45,682 nt of DNA from Steroidobacteraceae bacterium (lineage in GTDB: Bacteria > Pseudomonadota > Gammaproteobacteria > Steroidobacterales > Steroidobacteraceae). The first letter of the stretch is position 1, and each line of letters begins with the position of its first letter. The notes beneath the pieces were generated by a model, which worked only from the letters and a program-made list of their open reading frames with translations, made no database searches and was not told where the DNA came from. Location of the stretch: the NCBI GenBank assembly GCA_013044085.1, contig JABEVI010000280.1, forward strand, positions 1-45,682, written 5' to 3'. A program made the position numbers and the translations under genes. Positions 43,828-45,682 of the stretch are shown piece after piece.

Positions 43828-45618
43828 ATGGCCACCGCACCCGAGCACCTCACGCCCCTGTCCGTGATCAGCCACGAGGTCGCCGTCTGGGTCGCGGACG
43901 TCGCGCGATTGACCTTGCCGGCGAAGGTACACTGGTGCGACGGCAGCGAGGCGGAATATCGCAGCTTGCAACAGCTACTGGTCGGCAACGGCGAGATGTT
44001 GCCACTGAATGCGGACACGCATCCGGGCTGCTTCCTGTATCGCTCCGATCCGAACGACGTCGCGCGGGTCGAGCACCTCACTTACGTCTGTACGCGGGAT
44101 CGCGAGGATGCGGGCCCGAACAATCACTGGATGGCGCCGGCGCAGGCGCATCGCAAGATGGACGATCTGTTTCGCGGCTGCATGCGCGGGCGCACGCTGT
44201 ACGTCGTGCCCTATTGCATGGGCCCCATCGACTCGCCGTTCTCGCGCGGCGGCGTCGAGATCACCGACAGCGCCTACGTCGTCCTCAACATGCGCCTGAT
44301 GACCCGCATGGGGCGCGCGGCGCTCGAGCGCATCGCGCGTGAGGGCACCTTCGTGAAGGGATTGCACTCGGTCGGCGAACTCGATCCTGAGCGGCGCTTC
44401 ATCGTGCATTTCCCCGAAGAGTCGATGATCAAGAGCTACGGCTCCGGCTACGGCGGCAACGCCCTGCTCGGCAAGAAATGTCACGCCCTGCGCATCGCGA
44501 GCTGGCAGGCGCGCAGCGAAGGCTGGCTCGCCGAGCACATGCTCATCGTCGGCATCGAGAGCCCGAGCGGACAGACGCACTACCTGGCGTGCGCGTTTCC
44601 CTCGGCCTGCGGCAAGACGAACCTGGCGATGCTGATCCCGCCGGCGAGCTATGCGGGCTGGAAGGTGTGGACGATCGGCGATGATATCGCCTGGCTGCAC
44701 CCAGGCAAGGACGGCCGTCTGTACGCGATCAACCCGGAGTCCGGCTACTTCGGCGTCGTGCCCGGCACCAACCCGAAGACCAACCGCAACGCCTATGAGA
44801 CGATCCGGCGCGACACCCTGTTCACGAACGTGGCGCTGACCGCGGGCGGAGAACCGTGGTGGGAGGGTCTGCACGAGGGCAAGCCGGCCTTCGACTGGCA
44901 GGGCCGCGCATACGATCCGGCGAACGGACCGGCGGCTCACCCGAATTCGCGATTCACGGTGGCGGCGACGCAGAACCCGAGCTATTCACGGGCCGCCGAG
45001 GCCGCCGGCGGCGTGCCGATCTCGGCCATCGTGTTCGGCGGCCGGCGCCGTTCGCTCGCACCGCTCGTCTATCAGGCCCGCGGCTGGGCGCACGGCGTGC
45101 TCATCGGCGCCGGAGTCGCCTCGGAAACCACCGCGGCGGCGACCGGCGCGGTCGGGGTCGTGCGCCGCGATCCGATGGCGATGAAACCCTTCGCCGGTTA
45201 CAACTTCGCCGACTACTGGGATCACTGGATCCGGGTCGGCGCGGCACTCGAACACCCGCCGCAGATCTTCCACGTCAACTGGTTCCGCCAACGCGAGGAC
45301 GGCCGGTTCCTGTGGCCCGGTTTCGGCGAGAACATGCGGGTATTGCGCTGGATCATCGAGCGCTGCGAAGGCCGCGCCGGGGCCGTCGACACCCCGATCG
45401 GGCAGCTTCCGGGTCCGAGCGATCTGGACACGCGGGGACTCGCGATCGGCGAATCGGTCCTCGAGGAACTGCTGGCTGTGGATCCACAGTCCTGGCGCGA
45501 GGAACTTGCGGCGATCGGCGCGTACTTCGATGAGTTCGGCGAGCGCTTACCCCAGGCGTTGAAGCGCGAACTCGGCGAGACGTTGCAGCGGATCGAGGCA
45601 TTCACTCCTCGCAGATGA
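43828..45618 (+). CDS. pckG: phosphoenolpyruvate carboxykinase (GTP)
   Basis: ATG 43828 gives MATAPEHLTPLSV... (596 aa). GTP-PEPCK hallmarks: YLACAFPSACGKTNLAML (kinase-1a P-loop), GDDIAWL, FGGRR and NWFR. The track TTG start at 43780 adds 16 residues that run into the promoter region. Confidence 0.95.
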   Translation: MATAPEHLTPLSVISHEVAVWVADVARLTLPAKVHWCDGSEAEYRSLQQLLVGNGEMLPLNADTHPGCFLYRSDPNDVARVEHLTYVCTRDREDAGPNNHWMAPAQAHRKMDDLFRGCMRGRTLYVVPYCMGPIDSPFSRGGVEITDSAYVVLNMRLMTRMGRAALERIAREGTFVKGLHSVGELDPERRFIVHFPEESMIKSYGSGYGGNALLGKKCHALRIASWQARSEGWLAEHMLIVGIESPSGQTHYLACAFPSACGKTNLAMLIPPASYAGWKVWTIGDDIAWLHPGKDGRLYAINPESGYFGVVPGTNPKTNRNAYETIRRDTLFTNVALTAGGEPWWEGLHEGKPAFDWQGRAYDPANGPAAHPNSRFTVAATQNPSYSRAAEAAGGVPISAIVFGGRRRSLAPLVYQARGWAHGVLIGAGVASETTAAATGAVGVVRRDPMAMKPFAGYNFADYWDHWIRVGAALEHPPQIFHVNWFRQREDGRFLWPGFGENMRVLRWIIERCEGRAGAVDTPIGQLPGPSDLDTRGLAIGESVLEELLAVDPQSWREELAAIGAYFDEFGERLPQALKRELGETLQRIEAFTPRR

Positions 45619-45682
45619 AGCGGATCACCTGCGAGGAGTTGCCGTCCGGGGCCTTGCCGAGGCCGATCAAGCCCTCGCCGCG
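45602..45682 (-). CDS. 3' end (last 26 codons) of an unidentified convergent gene
   Basis: The minus frame is open from the window edge to TGA (revcomp of tca 45602-45604). Hand translation is RGEGLIGLGKAPDGNSSQVIRFICEE*. GC3 is high. It overlaps the pckG 3' end by 17 nt. It is too short to identify and could be spurious. Confidence 0.3.
   Translation of the reverse strand, partial: RGEGLIGLGKAPDGNSSQVIRFICEE

Overview
This is a visibly high-GC, extremely gene-dense stretch of a proteobacterial core chromosome. By my coordinates only about 1.2 kb of 45.7 kb is non-coding. The gene order is the classic gammaproteobacterial housekeeping backbone. On the minus strand, in transcription order: rpsB-tsf-pyrH-frr-uppS-cdsA-dxr-rseP-bamA-skp-lpxD-fabZ-lpxA-lpxB-rnhB-dnaE-accA-tilS-pyrG-kdsA-eno-ftsB-ispDF, then one opposite-strand Smr gene, then surE-pcm. 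Divergent from rpsB lie map-glnD-dapD on the plus strand. Next comes a minus-strand phosphate supercluster, phoB-phoR-phoU-dsbB-dapE-pstS-pstC-pstA-pstB, preceded by yoaA-like helicase-tsaB. The window ends with a small exported DUF11-like orphan, GTP-type PEP carboxykinase on the plus strand, and a 27-codon tail of a convergent gene. I call 43 CDS, two of them partial, plus a few promoter or operator candidates read by eye. I see no rRNA, tRNA, CRISPR array, transposase, integrase, prophage or toxin-antitoxin or defence-like cassette. No intergenic gap is large enough to hide a gene. My honest assessment is that this window does not contain an undescribed multi-gene system. The points worth a second look are local: (1) a fused ispDF in a gamma-type context; (2) two Pho boxes with identical geometry, with dsbB and dapE embedded between phoBRU and pstSCAB; (3) an approximately 80-residue charged, proline-rich tail on ribosomal protein S2; (4) a Pro/Ala-rich insert at the BamA N-terminus; (5) a long rpsB leader behind a near-consensus promoter that overlaps the map promoter back to back; (6) pervasive 4-nt stop/start overlaps, including TTG and GTG starts; (7) an orphan DUF11-like secreted protein. 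Many start codons were moved downstream of the ORF-track starts, using homolog N-termini and stop/start junctions. The very long antisense ORFs in the track are high-GC artefacts. All calls are by eye, without searches.
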